A stretch of 64,000 nt of DNA. It comes from Alphaproteobacteria bacterium. Lineage in GTDB: Bacteria; Pseudomonadota; Alphaproteobacteria; SP197. Location: NCBI GenBank assembly GCA_964291415.2, contig OZ219920.1:864001-928000 (forward strand), in the 5' to 3' direction. The translations under genes and the position numbers were made by a program. Positions 1 to 11,332 of the stretch are shown here, one piece after another. Position 1 is the first letter of the stretch. The number at the start of each line of letters is the position of its first letter. The notes beneath the pieces were generated by a model. It had not been told where the DNA came from, did not search any database, and saw nothing but the letters and a program-made list of their open reading frames with translations.

Positions 1-1
1 T

Positions 2-682
2 GCCGGAGAACAGGCTCTCGAGATTGCCGACACCCTCGTGCGCTCGGGCGCGGTCGACGTGCTGGTCATCGACTCGGTGGCCGCCCTCGTTCCCAGGGCC
101 GAACTCGAGGGGGAAATGGGCGATACCCATGTCGGGCTTCAGGCGCGGTTGATGAGCCAGGCCCTGCGCAAGCTGACCTCCACGATCTCCCGGTCCCGTT
201 GCCTGGTGATTTTCATCAACCAGATCCGCATGAAGATCGGCGTCATGTTCGGCAGCCCCGAGACCACCACCGGCGGCAATGCCCTCAAGTTCTATGCCAC
301 CGTGCGTCTCGACATCCGCCGCATCGGCCAGATCAAGGATCGCGACCTGGTGATCGGCAACCAGACACGGGTCAAGGTCGTCAAGAACAAGATGGCGCCT
401 CCCTTCAGGACCGTCGAGTTCGACATCATGTATGGCGAGGGCGTGTCCCGGTCCGGCGAGATCATCGATCTTGGCGTTGGCGCGGGAATCATCGAAAAGT
501 CCGGTTCGTGGTATTCCTACAACGACCAGCGTATCGGACAGGGGCGCGAGAACGCGAAGGTGTTCCTGCACGACAATCCCGGAATCGCCAACTCCATCGA
601 GCACGAAGTGCGGGCGAGGGCGGGGCTTGTCGACGAGGACTCGCTCGCCACGTCAGATGACGTGCCGGGCGGGGCGTCCTAG
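2..682 (+). CDS. recA: Recombinase RecA, 5'-truncated by window edge
   Basis: Frame open from position 2 ([19 protein letters not shown]...); motifs [55 protein letters not shown]. Confidence 0.99.
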   Translation, partial: AGEQALEIADTLVRSGAVDVLVIDSVAALVPRAELEGEMGDTHVGLQARLMSQALRKLTSTISRSRCLVIFINQIRMKIGVMFGSPETTTGGNALKFYATVRLDIRRIGQIKDRDLVIGNQTRVKVVKNKMAPPFRTVEFDIMYGEGVSRSGEIIDLGVGAGIIEKSGSWYSYNDQRIGQGRENAKVFLHDNPGIANSIEHEVRARAGLVDEDSLATSDDVPGGAS

Positions 683-715
683 GAGTTCGGCGCCGAAGAG
701 GACGGCAGGCAGGTC

Positions 716-3349
716 ATGACCAGCGTCAGCGAGGTCCGTTCCACGTTCCTCGATTTCTTCACGGAACACGACCATGTCGCCGTGCAGTCGAGTCCGCTCG
801 TGCCGCACAACGACCCGACGCTGCTCTTCACCAATTCCGGCATGGTGCAGTTCAAGAACGTCTTCACCGGAGTCGAGAAGCGTTCCTACAGCCGCGCCAC
901 CACGGCGCAAAAGTGCGTGCGTGCCGGTGGCAAGCACAACGACCTTGACGTTGTCGGTTTCACGGCCCGCCATCACACGTTCTTCGAGATGCTGGGCAAC
1001 TTTTCGTTCGGCGACTACTTCAAGGACCACGCGATCGAACTCGCCTGGGATCTGGTGACCGGGGTCTTCGGACTCCCCCGCGACCGCCTTCTCATCACGG
1101 TGCATTCCTCCGACGAGGAAGCCGCCTCGCTGTGGCGGCGCGTGGCGGGACTTGGCGATGACCGGATCATCCGGATTCCGACATCGGACAACTTCTGGTC
1201 GATGGGCGATACCGGGCCCTGTGGACCCTGTTCGGAGATCTTCATCGATCAGGGGCCCGAACTCGAGGGCGGGCCGCCAGGCACTGCGGACGAGGATGGT
1301 GACCGTTTCCTCGAATTCTGGAACCTGGTGTTCATGCAGTACGAGCAGGTGAGCGCAGATGAGCGAATCGACCTGCCGAAACCTTCGGTCGACACCGGCA
1401 TGGGTCTCGAGCGGATGGCGGCCGTCCTGCAGGGTGTGAAGAGCAACTTCGACACCGACCTCTTCACCGCCCTGATTTCGGCCTGCGAGGATTGCGTCGG
1501 GGTGACCGCCGGAGAGGAAACGCGGCCCTCGTTCAACGTCATTGCCGATCACCTGCGGGCCTCCTCGTTCCTCATTGCCGATGGCGTCCTTCCCTCCAAC
1601 GAGGGGCGTGGCTACGTCCTGCGCCGGATCATGCGCCGCGCCATGCGCCACGTGCATATTCTGGGCGGCCGGGACCCCGTGATGCATCGGCTGGTGCCCG
1701 TTCTGGCGGCCGAAATGGGGCAGGCATTTCCGGAACTTGTCCGCGCCCAGGCGCTGGTCGCCGAGACGCTGCGTCACGAGGAAGAGCGCTTCCGGACCAT
1801 GCTGGAGAGAGGAACGCGGCTGCTTGCCGAGGAGACCGCGAAACTGCCCGGCGACACCCCGCTTCCGGGAAGCGTCGCCTTCCGGCTCTATGACACCTTC
1901 GGCTTCCCCCTCGACCTGACCGAGGACGCCCTGCGCCGCGATGGCCGCACGGTTGATCGCCAGGGTTTCGAGGACGCCATGGCCGAGCAGCGGGCGAAGG
2001 CCCGCAAGGCCTGGGAAGGCAGCGGCGATGCGGCGGACGGCCCCTTCTGGTACGCCCTCTTCGAACGGTGCGGCGCCACGGAGTTTCTCGGCTACACCAC
2101 CGAGTCCGCCGAGGCGGAGGTGGTCGCTCTCGTCGCGGGCAACAGCGAGGTCGGCAGCGCCGGTCCCGGCGAAGACATCGGCATCGTGGTGAACCAGTCA
2201 CCCTTCTATGCCGAATCGGGAGGGCAGATCGGCGATCAGGGACGCCTTGCGGGGCCTGGAGTCAGCGCCACCATTTCGGATACCCAGAAACGCATTGGCG
2301 ACATGCACCTTCACATGGCGCACATCGAGGAAGGACATCTGTCGCTGGGTGATCATGTGACTCTCACCATCGATGATGACCGGCGCAGGCAGTTGCGTGC
2401 CTCCCATTCGGCGACCCATCTGCTGCACGAGGCCTTGAGACGTCACCTTGGCGATCATGTCACCCAGAAGGGCTCGCTCGTCGCCCCCGACAGGCTGCGC
2501 TTCGATATCAGCCACCCGTCTGCGCTTGGCGAGGACTCGCTGAGGGCGGTCGAGGGCGAGGTCAACCGGATGATCCGGATGAACGCAGCGGTCACCACCC
2601 GGCTGATGACTCCCGACGAAGCCACGCAGGCCGGCGCTCTCGCACTCTTCGGCGAACGCTACGGTGACGAGGTGAGGGTCGTCTCCATGGGCGAGGGAGG
2701 CTGGTCGACGGAACTGTGTGGCGGCACCCATGTTTCGCGCACCGGTGATATCGGCCTCTTCAGAATCGTGGCCGAGAGTGCCGTGGCATCCGGAGTGCGC
2801 CGCATCGAGGCTCTCACGGGCAGTGCGGCGCTTGACCATCTTGGTGAACAGGACCGGCGTTTGCGCCGCCTGGCGCACCAGCTAAAGACGACTCCGGCGG
2901 ATGTCGAGGAACGTGTCAGCCAACTCGTGGCCGACCGCCGGGCATTGGAAAAGGATGTCGCCGTCCTGCGCCAGAAGGTCGCATCCGCCGGAGAGTCCGG
3001 CTCGGCGACTCCGGGCGTACGCGAAATCGCCGGCGTGACCGTGGTCGGGCGCACCCTGGAGGATGTGCCGGGCAGGGAACTGCGGAGCATGGCCGACGGG
3101 ATCAAGCAGCAGATCGGTTCCGGCATCGTCGTCCTCGTGGCGACCGACAACGGCAAGGCTGCCATCGTCACTGGCGTGACCGATGATCTGACCGGACGAT
3201 TCAACGCCATCGATCTGGTCAGGGCCGGGGTCGAGGTTCTGGGCGGAAAGGGTGGCGGCGGCCGTGCCGACATGGCGCAGGGCGGTGGACCCGATGCCTC
3301 CAGGGCAACGGAGGCCCTCCGCAGTATCGAGCAGGTCATCGCAGGCTGA
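716..3349 (+). CDS. alaS: Alanine--tRNA ligase
   Basis: [58 protein letters not shown]-terminal GGKGGGR; AGGAG upstream. Confidence 0.99.
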   Translation: MTSVSEVRSTFLDFFTEHDHVAVQSSPLVPHNDPTLLFTNSGMVQFKNVFTGVEKRSYSRATTAQKCVRAGGKHNDLDVVGFTARHHTFFEMLGNFSFGDYFKDHAIELAWDLVTGVFGLPRDRLLITVHSSDEEAASLWRRVAGLGDDRIIRIPTSDNFWSMGDTGPCGPCSEIFIDQGPELEGGPPGTADEDGDRFLEFWNLVFMQYEQVSADERIDLPKPSVDTGMGLERMAAVLQGVKSNFDTDLFTALISACEDCVGVTAGEETRPSFNVIADHLRASSFLIADGVLPSNEGRGYVLRRIMRRAMRHVHILGGRDPVMHRLVPVLAAEMGQAFPELVRAQALVAETLRHEEERFRTMLERGTRLLAEETAKLPGDTPLPGSVAFRLYDTFGFPLDLTEDALRRDGRTVDRQGFEDAMAEQRAKARKAWEGSGDAADGPFWYALFERCGATEFLGYTTESAEAEVVALVAGNSEVGSAGPGEDIGIVVNQSPFYAESGGQIGDQGRLAGPGVSATISDTQKRIGDMHLHMAHIEEGHLSLGDHVTLTIDDDRRRQLRASHSATHLLHEALRRHLGDHVTQKGSLVAPDRLRFDISHPSALGEDSLRAVEGEVNRMIRMNAAVTTRLMTPDEATQAGALALFGERYGDEVRVVSMGEGGWSTELCGGTHVSRTGDIGLFRIVAESAVASGVRRIEALTGSAALDHLGEQDRRLRRLAHQLKTTPADVEERVSQLVADRRALEKDVAVLRQKVASAGESGSATPGVREIAGVTVVGRTLEDVPGRELRSMADGIKQQIGSGIVVLVATDNGKAAIVTGVTDDLTGRFNAIDLVRAGVEVLGGKGGGGRADMAQGGGPDASRATEALRSIEQVIAG

Positions 3350-3390
3350 CAGGTGGCAGCGGCTTACTGCCGGCTCGACGCGCAACGATG

Positions 3391-4563
3391 TCAGGGGATG
3401 TCGTTGGCGAGGCCTCGGGGAATCCGTTTCTCGTGATCGTAGAACGGCAATGCCACGATCGTCGCTCCGGATGGTGGGCCATCGAGTGTATCGACGGTGA
3501 CCTCGCGCCCCACCCAGTCGTCGGCCTGCCTGAAGCGCACGAAGGCGATGCCCGATTCCAGATAGGGAGACCAGGCGCCCGCCGTCACCACGCCGACCTG
3601 CCGGTCCTCATGGTAGACACGCGATCCGGCGACAGGCGTGATGCCCGATGCCACCATGCCGAAGAAGCGGGGCTCGCGGGGCGCCGTCCGCAGCGCGGCC
3701 TTGCCGATGAAGTCGGCGTCGCTGTCAAGGTCGACGAAGCGTCCCAATCCTGCGTCGAAGGGCGTCATCGAGGAATCCATGTCGGTCCCGTTGTCCATGA
3801 TGGCGGCTTCGATGCGCCTGACACCCATGCACTCCAGGCTGGCGAACACCATGCCGTGTTGAGCCCCCCTCTCGAGGATCAGGTTGAAGAGCTTCGGCCC
3901 GTCGAAGTCCGGTGACAGGGGATAGAGCTCGAATCCCAGCTCCCCGGTCCAGCCGGTGCGGGATATGAGGAAGGGGTGGCCGTCGATCGTCGAGCGGTGC
4001 ACGGAGAAGTAGGTGAAGGGCGCCTCCGGCACGGTGTCGAGAATGGCAGGCATGGCATCGAGCGCTTTCGGCCCCTGTATCTGCAGCACCCAGGAATCGG
4101 GATCGGTGATGACGACATCAAGACCGCCGGCATGGGCTTCGAGCCAGGGCAGGAACTCGCCATCGGCAAGGACATACCAGAAACGGTCCTCGCCCAGGTT
4201 CATCAGGACGCCGTCCATCAGGATGCCGCCCTGGTGGTTGCAGGCGATGGCGTAGGTGGCGCGGCCCTCGCGCAGCTTCGAGACGTCACGGCAGAACACC
4301 CTCGAGAAGAGTGTCAGGGCGTCCGGACCGGCGATCTCGATGGGGTGTTCCGGCACGTCAAACAGGGCCACACCCCTTCTGAGGTGCCAATAGTCGGCAA
4401 CCGGATCATCAGTCGTGCCAAGAGGATAGAACCGGCGGCTGTAGACCCCCATGAGGAGGTCATCGGTGAGGTAGGCAGGACTCCACGGGGACAAGGCAAA
4501 CCGTTTCGTGCTGATCTTCACCGTGCCATGCGACATGGCATAGATGCTGGCACCGTCGTTCAT
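3391..4563 (-). CDS. GcvT/DmdA-like THF-dependent aminomethyltransferase family protein
   Basis: DYWHLRRGVALFDV, IEIAGPDA, SRTGWTGELGFELY, RRIEA, GVVTAGAWSPYL; start chosen at ATG 4563 with GGAG 6 nt upstream (the 532-aa track ORF is over-extended). Confidence 0.85.
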   Translation of the reverse strand: MNDGASIYAMSHGTVKISTKRFALSPWSPAYLTDDLLMGVYSRRFYPLGTTDDPVADYWHLRRGVALFDVPEHPIEIAGPDALTLFSRVFCRDVSKLREGRATYAIACNHQGGILMDGVLMNLGEDRFWYVLADGEFLPWLEAHAGGLDVVITDPDSWVLQIQGPKALDAMPAILDTVPEAPFTYFSVHRSTIDGHPFLISRTGWTGELGFELYPLSPDFDGPKLFNLILERGAQHGMVFASLECMGVRRIEAAIMDNGTDMDSSMTPFDAGLGRFVDLDSDADFIGKAALRTAPREPRFFGMVASGITPVAGSRVYHEDRQVGVVTAGAWSPYLESGIAFVRFRQADDWVGREVTVDTLDGPPSGATIVALPFYDHEKRIPRGLANDIP

Positions 4564-4675
4564 GATCATCTCCGGCGGCGGTATCGCGTGGCGGGCCCTC
4601 ATACCCCCGGGCCCCGATCGAGTCCAGCCGGACGCGGCCCTTGCCGGGTTGACCTGACGCCCTACAATCGGAGCC

Positions 4676-4945
4676 ATGTTCTCGTTCCAGAAACTTGCGG
4701 TCTTTGCCGTCATTCTTGCCGTCCTCTGGCTGGGCTTTCGCTTCGTGCGCAACCTCGAACGCCAGCAGAAGGAGCGCGAGCGCGTGCGGCGCGGGAAACG
4801 GAAATGGTTCGGGCTGGGACCGCGTTCGGCCGGCGAGGTCGAGATGCAGTCCTGCCCGACCTGCCGCAACTGGGTGGCGACGGATGGCCACTGCGGCCGC
4901 AGTGACTGCCCATGGCCGCTTGACCGCCGCACATCCGCTTCATAG
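4676..4945 (+). CDS. Small membrane-anchored protein with C-terminal CxxC...CxxxxCP motif
   Basis: GGAG RBS, N-terminal hydrophobic helix, basic linker, CPTC..CGRSDCP; sits directly upstream of glyQ. Confidence 0.75.
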   Translation: MFSFQKLAVFAVILAVLWLGFRFVRNLERQQKERERVRRGKRKWFGLGPRSAGEVEMQSCPTCRNWVATDGHCGRSDCPWPLDRRTSAS

Positions 4946-4981
4946 TTTCCGGCACCACTTTCCCGGGGAGTTTGACCCGCA

Positions 4982-5854
4982 ATGGGCACGACAGGCCGTG
5001 GTCTGCCGTTTCAGAACCTGATTCTCGAACTCCAGAACTACTGGGCAGACAGGGGATGCGTCATCCTGCAGCCCTACGACATGGAGATGGGCGCCGGGAC
5101 CTTTCACTGGGCGACGACACTCAAGAGTCTCGGACCTCAACCCTGGAAGGCGGCCTATGTCCAGCCATCGAGGCGGCCTGCCGACGGGCGCTTCGGCGAC
5201 AATCCCAACCGCCTCCAGCAGCACTACCAGTTCCAGGTGCTGATGAAGCCGTCTCCGGCGGATTTCCAGGATCTCTATCTGGGCAGTCTGGAGGCGATCG
5301 GCATCGACTTCCTCGACCACGACATCCGCTTCGTCGAAGACGACTGGGAGAGCCCGACACTCGGCGCCTGGGGCCTTGGCTGGGAGGTCTGGTGTGACGG
5401 CATGGAAATCACCCAGTTCACCTACTTCCAGCAGGTCGGTGGCTTTGATTGCCGGCCGGTTCCAGGGGAGCTTACCTATGGGCTCGAACGCCTGGCGATG
5501 TACCTCCAGGGCGTTGACCACTTTCGCGATCTCGACTGGAACGGAGAGGGTATCACCTACGGCGATGTCCATCTGAGATCCGAGAGGGAACAGTCCCGCT
5601 ACAACTTCGAGATGGCGGACGTGGCGATGCTGCACCGTCACTTTGACGATGCCGAATCCTCCTGCATGCACCTTGTCGAGGCCGGACTTGTCATTCCGGC
5701 CTACGATCAGTGCATCCACGCCAGCCACGCCTTCAACATGCTCGAGGCCCGGGGAGTCATCAGTGTCACGGAACGTGCCGCCTTCATAGGCCGTGTGCGC
5801 GACCTTGCGAGAGCCTGTGCGGCGGCCTGGCTCGGACATCCGGAGCCTTCCTGA
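4982..5854 (+). CDS. glyQ: Glycine--tRNA ligase alpha subunit
   Basis: [62 protein letters not shown]. Confidence 0.99.
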   Translation: MGTTGRGLPFQNLILELQNYWADRGCVILQPYDMEMGAGTFHWATTLKSLGPQPWKAAYVQPSRRPADGRFGDNPNRLQQHYQFQVLMKPSPADFQDLYLGSLEAIGIDFLDHDIRFVEDDWESPTLGAWGLGWEVWCDGMEITQFTYFQQVGGFDCRPVPGELTYGLERLAMYLQGVDHFRDLDWNGEGITYGDVHLRSEREQSRYNFEMADVAMLHRHFDDAESSCMHLVEAGLVIPAYDQCIHASHAFNMLEARGVISVTERAAFIGRVRDLARACAAAWLGHPEPS

Positions 5855-5857
5855 ACC

Positions 5858-7906
5858 GTGGCCGACTTTCTTCTCGAAATCCTGTCCGAGGAGATCCCCG
5901 CATCGATGCAGCGGGGGGCGCTGGAGCGCTTGGGCGACCTCCTGGAGCAGCGCCTTGCCGACGAGGATCTCAAGGCCTCTTCGAGGCGCGCCCATGTGTC
6001 GCCACGGCGCATGGTTGTCCATCTCGAGGGGCTGCCGGAGTGTCAGCCGTCATTCGAGACGGAACGCAAGGGTCCGAGGGTCGGCGCACCGACCCCGGCG
6101 GTCTCCGGCTTTGCCCGCTCGGCCGGAGTCGGGACAGACGACCTCGTTCGCCGCACAACGGCGAAAGGCGAATTCTGGTTCGCGGTCGCCCGCAAGGGAG
6201 GGCAGGCCACCGCCGACGTGCTGGCACGCATCGTCCCTGAGGCGATGACGGCCCTTGCGTGGCCGAAGTCCATGCGCTGGGCCGACGGCGAAACGCGCTG
6301 GATCCGTCCCGTGGTGTCGATTCTGGCCCTCTTTGCCGGGGATGTCGTGCCCTTCCGCTTCGCTGGTTGCGAATCGGGCGCCATGACCCGGGGCCATCGC
6401 TTCCTTCATCCGGCACCCTTCGAGGTCCGCAGTTACGCCGACTACTGCGCCAGGCTGCGTGATGCGCGTGTCGTCCCGGATCACGGCGAACGGCGTCGGC
6501 TGATCGAGGAGGGGGCCCGGGCCGTTGCCGACGATCTCGGGCTCGTCGCCGATGCACCGGCGCGTCTCGTTGGCGAACTCGCCGGTCTCGTCGAGTGGCC
6601 TGTGGTCATGGCTGGCACCTTCGATGATGGATACATGGAGGTCCCGGACGACCTGCTGACCACCGAAATGGTTCACCACCAGCGCTACATCCCCTTGCGC
6701 ACACCATCAGGCAACCTGGCGCCGGGGTTCCTGTTTGTCGCCAACATGGAGGGTCGCGACGGCGGCCGATCCATCAGGGCCGGAAACGAGAGAGTTCTGG
6801 CCGCCCGCCTGGCCGATGGCCGGCATTTCTGGGACCGCGACCTTCGGGTGAGTCTTGAAAGCCGGATCAGCCGCCTGTCGACGGTGGTGTTTCACGCCCG
6901 GCTGGGCACCCTTGAGGAACGGGCCCACCGTCTCAAGGCCCTGGCCGGGTGGCTCGCCCCGGCGATTCCGGGATGCGATCCTGACCATGCAGGTCGGGCA
7001 GCATGGCTTGCCAAGGCGGACCTGGTCAGTGACACCGTGGGAGAGTTTCCGGAACTGCAGGGGATCATGGGGGGCCATCTCGCCAGTGCGGCCGGAGAGG
7101 GCGCCGATGTCGCGCTTGCCATCTCGGAACACTATCGGCCAGCCGGGCCTTCCGATCGCTGTCCATCGGCCCCGGTCAGCGTGGCCGTGGCCATGGCCGA
7201 GAGACTCGACACGCTCGCCGGTTTCTTCGGCATCGGCGAGAGACCATCCGGCTCACGCGATCCCCTTGCCCTGCGTCGCGCTGCGCTCGGCATTGTGCGA
7301 CTCGTCCTCGAGAACGGCCTGCGCCTCGATCTTCTCGAGGCCCTGAAGGCGGCTGGGAACGGCTACGGACGCGATGTTTCCGGCGAGGTCCTTGACTTTG
7401 TGGCCGACCGCCTCAGGGTTCACCTGCGGGAGCGCCAGCTGGGGCATCACCTGATTGACGCAGCGTTCTCCGGCACCCGGGACGGCGACCTCGTGCGCCT
7501 CGTGAGGCGAATCGAGGCTCTCGACTCGTTCCTTGAATCGCCGGACGGCGGCGACCTTCTCGAGGCCTATCGGCGCGCCGCCAACATCTTGCGTATCGAG
7601 GAGGCGAAGGACGGCTGCACCTTCACCGGCGACATCAGCCGGAACCTGTTGCGCGAAGAGGCCGAGAGGACGGTCGTGACGGCTCTTGAGATGGCGGATG
7701 CAGCCATGGCGGACACCCTCGCTGCTGAGGACTATGCCGGTGCCATGGAAGCCCTCGCATCACTGCGGTCACCTCTGGGGGATTTCTTCGATTCGGTCAC
7801 CGTCAATGCCGATGATCCTTCCTTGCGGGAAAACCGTCTCAACCTGCTTGGGCACATCCGTGCATCCATGGACCGTGTTGCCGACTTTTCGAGGATCGGG
7901 GGCTGA
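5858..7906 (+). CDS. glyS: Glycine--tRNA ligase beta subunit
   Basis: LLEILSEEIP, WPKSMRW, GLVEWP, KADL..EFPELQG, GSRDPLALRRAA, LRENRLNLL; follows glyQ. Confidence 0.98.
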   Translation: MADFLLEILSEEIPASMQRGALERLGDLLEQRLADEDLKASSRRAHVSPRRMVVHLEGLPECQPSFETERKGPRVGAPTPAVSGFARSAGVGTDDLVRRTTAKGEFWFAVARKGGQATADVLARIVPEAMTALAWPKSMRWADGETRWIRPVVSILALFAGDVVPFRFAGCESGAMTRGHRFLHPAPFEVRSYADYCARLRDARVVPDHGERRRLIEEGARAVADDLGLVADAPARLVGELAGLVEWPVVMAGTFDDGYMEVPDDLLTTEMVHHQRYIPLRTPSGNLAPGFLFVANMEGRDGGRSIRAGNERVLAARLADGRHFWDRDLRVSLESRISRLSTVVFHARLGTLEERAHRLKALAGWLAPAIPGCDPDHAGRAAWLAKADLVSDTVGEFPELQGIMGGHLASAAGEGADVALAISEHYRPAGPSDRCPSAPVSVAVAMAERLDTLAGFFGIGERPSGSRDPLALRRAALGIVRLVLENGLRLDLLEALKAAGNGYGRDVSGEVLDFVADRLRVHLRERQLGHHLIDAAFSGTRDGDLVRLVRRIEALDSFLESPDGGDLLEAYRRAANILRIEEAKDGCTFTGDISRNLLREEAERTVVTALEMADAAMADTLAAEDYAGAMEALASLRSPLGDFFDSVTVNADDPSLRENRLNLLGHIRASMDRVADFSRIGG

Positions 7907-10567
7907 ATGACTGAGTCCCGAGTCTACTCCTTTGGTCCTCGAGGCGCGGACGGCACCGCGTCGATGCGCACCCTGCTCGGTGGCAAGGGTGCCAATCTTG
8001 CGGAAATGGCTGCTCTCGGCCTTCCCGTGCCGCCCGGTTTCACAATCACCACCGAGGTCTGCGCGGCGTTTCTCGCCGATGGCGCCCTTGACCTCTCCGG
8101 GGATGTTGCGAGGGATGCGAGGGAAGCCCTCCATGACATCGAGACGCAGATGGGGCGGCACTTTGGCAGTGCTGCCGATCCATTGCTGCTGTCCGTACGC
8201 TCGGGCGCACCGGCCTCCATGCCCGGCATGATGGACACGGTTCTCAATCTTGGGCTCAACGACACCACCGTGGAGGGTCTCGCCAAGGCCAGTGGCAGCG
8301 ACCGCTTCGCCTGGGACAGCTATCGCCGGTTCATCCAGATGTACTGCGGGGTCGTTCTGGACCTCGATCATGGCGATTTCGAGGACATCCTGGATGAGGT
8401 CAAGGATGAGGAAGGAATCAGCGACGACTCGGACCTGTCTGCCGCTTCCCTGAAGGAAGTCGTCGCGCGCTTCCGGCACCATGCGCAAACACGTCTTCAG
8501 GAACCGTTCCCCGAGGATCCCTTCGAGCAATTGTGGGGCGCCGTGCGCGCCGTGTTCCGGTCATGGAACAACCGGCGGGCGATTGACTACCGGCGAATTC
8601 ACGGAATCCCCGACACTCCCGGAACGGCTGTCAACGTGCAGGCGATGGTGTTCGGCAACATGGGCGAGGATTGTGCCACCGGTGTGGCGTTTACGCGCAA
8701 CCCGGATACCGGTGTGCGAACACCGTTCGGAGAGTATCTCGCCAATGCACAAGGCGAGGATGTCGTGGCCGGCCTGAGAACACCCTGGCCGATCGCATCA
8801 GCCGGTGACGGTACCTCGCTCGAGGAGAGGATGCCGGGTGCCTGGAGCGAGCTGGTGGACGTCATGGACCGCCTGGAGCAGCACTTTCGCGACATGCAGG
8901 ATGTCGAGTTCACCATTGAGCGCCACCGTCTCTTCATGCTCCAGACCCGCAACGCCAAGCGCAGTGTGCAGGCGGCGATGAAGGTGGCTGTCGATATGGC
9001 CGCAGAGGGACTGATCACGCGTCAGGAATCACTGATGAGAATCGATCCCCGTGATCTCGATCGTCTGCTTCACCCGGTTCCTGATCCGCGCGCTCCACGC
9101 CACGTGATTGCCCGCGGTCTTCCCGGATCTCCCGGCGCGGCCTCGGGCATGGCGGTCTTCCACGCCGACGACGCCCAGGCGCTCGGTGCCGAGGGCAAGG
9201 CCGTTATCCTGGTTCGTCCCGAAACCAGTCCGGAAGATATCCATGGCATGCACGCCGCCCGCGGCATCCTGACCCGCCATGGCGGCCAGACCTCCCATGC
9301 TGCGCTGGTGGCCCGAGGCATGGGGCGCCCATGCGTGACCGGTGCCGGCGGGATCCGGGTCGACCCCGGCCGGGACCTCCTGGTGGCCGGTGACGTGACG
9401 GTCAGGAAGGGCGACATCATCACCATCGACGGCTCCACCGGCGAGGTGATCGCAGGCGAGATTCCGACCCGGCAGCCGAAACAATCCGGAGAGTTCGAGA
9501 TCTTCATGGCGTGGGCCGACGAGGCGAGAACCCTGGGTGTGAGGGCCAATGCCGAGACACCGGCCGATGCGGCGAGAGCGAGGGAGTTCGGCGCCGATGG
9601 CATCGGTCTTTGCCGGACGGAGCACATGTTCTTCGAGGACGGCCGCATCATCGCCATGCGCGAGATGATCATGGCAGAGGATATCGAGGGTCGACGCCGC
9701 CCGCTCGAGAGGATCCTGCCCATGCAGCGGGCGGATTTTGTCGAGCTGTTTCGCACGATGGCGGGTCTGCCCGTGACCGTGCGCCTTCTTGACCCGCCAC
9801 TGCACGAATTCCTGCCGACAGGTTTGCGGGAACTCGAGGAACTGGCGCGCCATACCGGGACCGATGTCGAGCACGTGCGGCTGCGCGCCGCGTCGTTGAG
9901 GGAACTCAACCCCATGCTGGGGCATCGTGGATGCCGACTCGGCATCTCCCATCCGGAAATCTACGAAATGCAGACTCGCGCCATTCTCGAGGCGGCTCTC
10001 GAGGCCGGACGCGCCGAGGGTGAGCCGGTGCATCTTGAAATCATGGTGCCGCTGGTTGCCACAGGACGCGAACTTGCCATCATCCGCGAGGCGATTGACG
10101 ACGTGGCGGCGGCTGTCGCGGCTGAGACCGGCGAGCGTCCGCACTATCAGGTGGGAACCATGATCGAGTTGCCCCGCGCCGCCCTTCAGGCCGGTGACAT
10201 TGCCCGCTCGGCCGATTTCTTCAGCTTCGGAACCAATGACCTGACGCAGACCGTGTTCGGCATCAGCCGCGACGACTCGGGCCGCTTCATCGAACGCTAC
10301 CTTGAGGAAGGCATTTTCGCCGAAGATCCTTTCGTCACTCTCGATACGGAGGGCGTCGGGGAGTTCGTGGCGCTTGCCAGCCATCGGGGAAGGCGGACGA
10401 GGGGTGACCTCGGACTGGGCATCTGCGGCGAGCACGGAGGCGATCCCGCCTCCATAGCATTCTGTCACCGGGAAGGGCTCGACTACGTGTCGTGTTCTCC
10501 CTACCGGATCCCAATCGCCCGTCTGGCGGCGGCGCAGGCGGCCTTAACGGAGCAGGACTCATCATGA
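7907..10567 (+). CDS. ppdK: Pyruvate, phosphate dikinase
   Basis: LGGKGANLAEM, SVRSGAPASMPGMMDTVLNLG, GGQTSHAALVARGMG (phospho-His), GIGLCRTEHMF, FSFGTNDLTQ, GICGEHGGDP. Confidence 0.99.
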   Translation: MTESRVYSFGPRGADGTASMRTLLGGKGANLAEMAALGLPVPPGFTITTEVCAAFLADGALDLSGDVARDAREALHDIETQMGRHFGSAADPLLLSVRSGAPASMPGMMDTVLNLGLNDTTVEGLAKASGSDRFAWDSYRRFIQMYCGVVLDLDHGDFEDILDEVKDEEGISDDSDLSAASLKEVVARFRHHAQTRLQEPFPEDPFEQLWGAVRAVFRSWNNRRAIDYRRIHGIPDTPGTAVNVQAMVFGNMGEDCATGVAFTRNPDTGVRTPFGEYLANAQGEDVVAGLRTPWPIASAGDGTSLEERMPGAWSELVDVMDRLEQHFRDMQDVEFTIERHRLFMLQTRNAKRSVQAAMKVAVDMAAEGLITRQESLMRIDPRDLDRLLHPVPDPRAPRHVIARGLPGSPGAASGMAVFHADDAQALGAEGKAVILVRPETSPEDIHGMHAARGILTRHGGQTSHAALVARGMGRPCVTGAGGIRVDPGRDLLVAGDVTVRKGDIITIDGSTGEVIAGEIPTRQPKQSGEFEIFMAWADEARTLGVRANAETPADAARAREFGADGIGLCRTEHMFFEDGRIIAMREMIMAEDIEGRRRPLERILPMQRADFVELFRTMAGLPVTVRLLDPPLHEFLPTGLRELEELARHTGTDVEHVRLRAASLRELNPMLGHRGCRLGISHPEIYEMQTRAILEAALEAGRAEGEPVHLEIMVPLVATGRELAIIREAIDDVAAAVAAETGERPHYQVGTMIELPRAALQAGDIARSADFFSFGTNDLTQTVFGISRDDSGRFIERYLEEGIFAEDPFVTLDTEGVGEFVALASHRGRRTRGDLGLGICGEHGGDPASIAFCHREGLDYVSCSPYRIPIARLAAAQAALTEQDSS

Positions 10568-11268
10568 AGTACCAGGCATTGTCCTTCGATTGCTACGGCA
10601 CCCTGATCGACTGGGAGAGCGGAATCGCGGAATGGTTGAGCGCCTGGGCACAACGCAATGGACTTGATGTCCCGGGAGAGGAGCTGGTCCGCCGCCTGTT
10701 CGATGCGCAGGTCGTCGAGCAAAGGCGCGATCCGTTCCGCTCCTATCGCAGTGTTCTCTCCCACTCCCTCGCGAGTCTCTCCGAGTCCTGCGGCATTCCG
10801 GCAGACGAGGATGCGTGCGCCCGGTTTGCGCAGAGTGTCGGTGACTGGCCGGCCTTCGATGATTCAGCGCGCTCCCTCGAAGCGCTGGCGAGCCAGGGGC
10901 GAATCCTGTGCGTGATCTCCAATGTCGACCGTGACCTCTTTGCCGGCAGTGCGGCGCGGCTCGAGCGGGAGTTCGACATTCTCATTACCGCCGACGACAT
11001 CAAGGGCTACAAGCCCGGTCCGCGTCACTTCGATACTCTCGTTGCCCGCCTCGGGGAACGGGGACTGGGTGAGGATGATCTGCTTCACGTCGCCCATAGC
11101 CGGTTCCATGACATCGTGCCGGCAAACGCCCGGGGCTGGACGAGTTGCCGGGTGGCGCGCCACGGCGACAGGTGGGCCCCGGAAGGGGCCGATGCCATCG
11201 AGGGAACATTTGCCGTTCCCCACATGAGGGACGTCGTTGACCTCCTCGAGCGAATCGATCCCGCCTGA
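10564..11268 (+). CDS. HAD-superfamily hydrolase (haloacid dehalogenase type II-like)
   Basis: FDCYGTLIDWE motif I, SNVD, YKP, HVAHSRFHDI; ATGA overlap with ppdK stop. Confidence 0.9.
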   Translation: MKYQALSFDCYGTLIDWESGIAEWLSAWAQRNGLDVPGEELVRRLFDAQVVEQRRDPFRSYRSVLSHSLASLSESCGIPADEDACARFAQSVGDWPAFDDSARSLEALASQGRILCVISNVDRDLFAGSAARLEREFDILITADDIKGYKPGPRHFDTLVARLGERGLGEDDLLHVAHSRFHDIVPANARGWTSCRVARHGDRWAPEGADAIEGTFAVPHMRDVVDLLERIDPA

Positions 11269-11332
11269 CCGGCCCTCCAGGGGGGCCGTGGAACTCGCAC
11301 GGTGGGCCAGTGCTCGCGACCGGGCCTGAGAT

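Noticed and set aside
11269-11290. GC hairpin between the HAD gene and ygfZ (similar ones at ~14388-14412 and ~38674-38713)
   Set aside because: Ordinary terminator-like hairpins between convergent genes; they share no sequence, so not a REP family.
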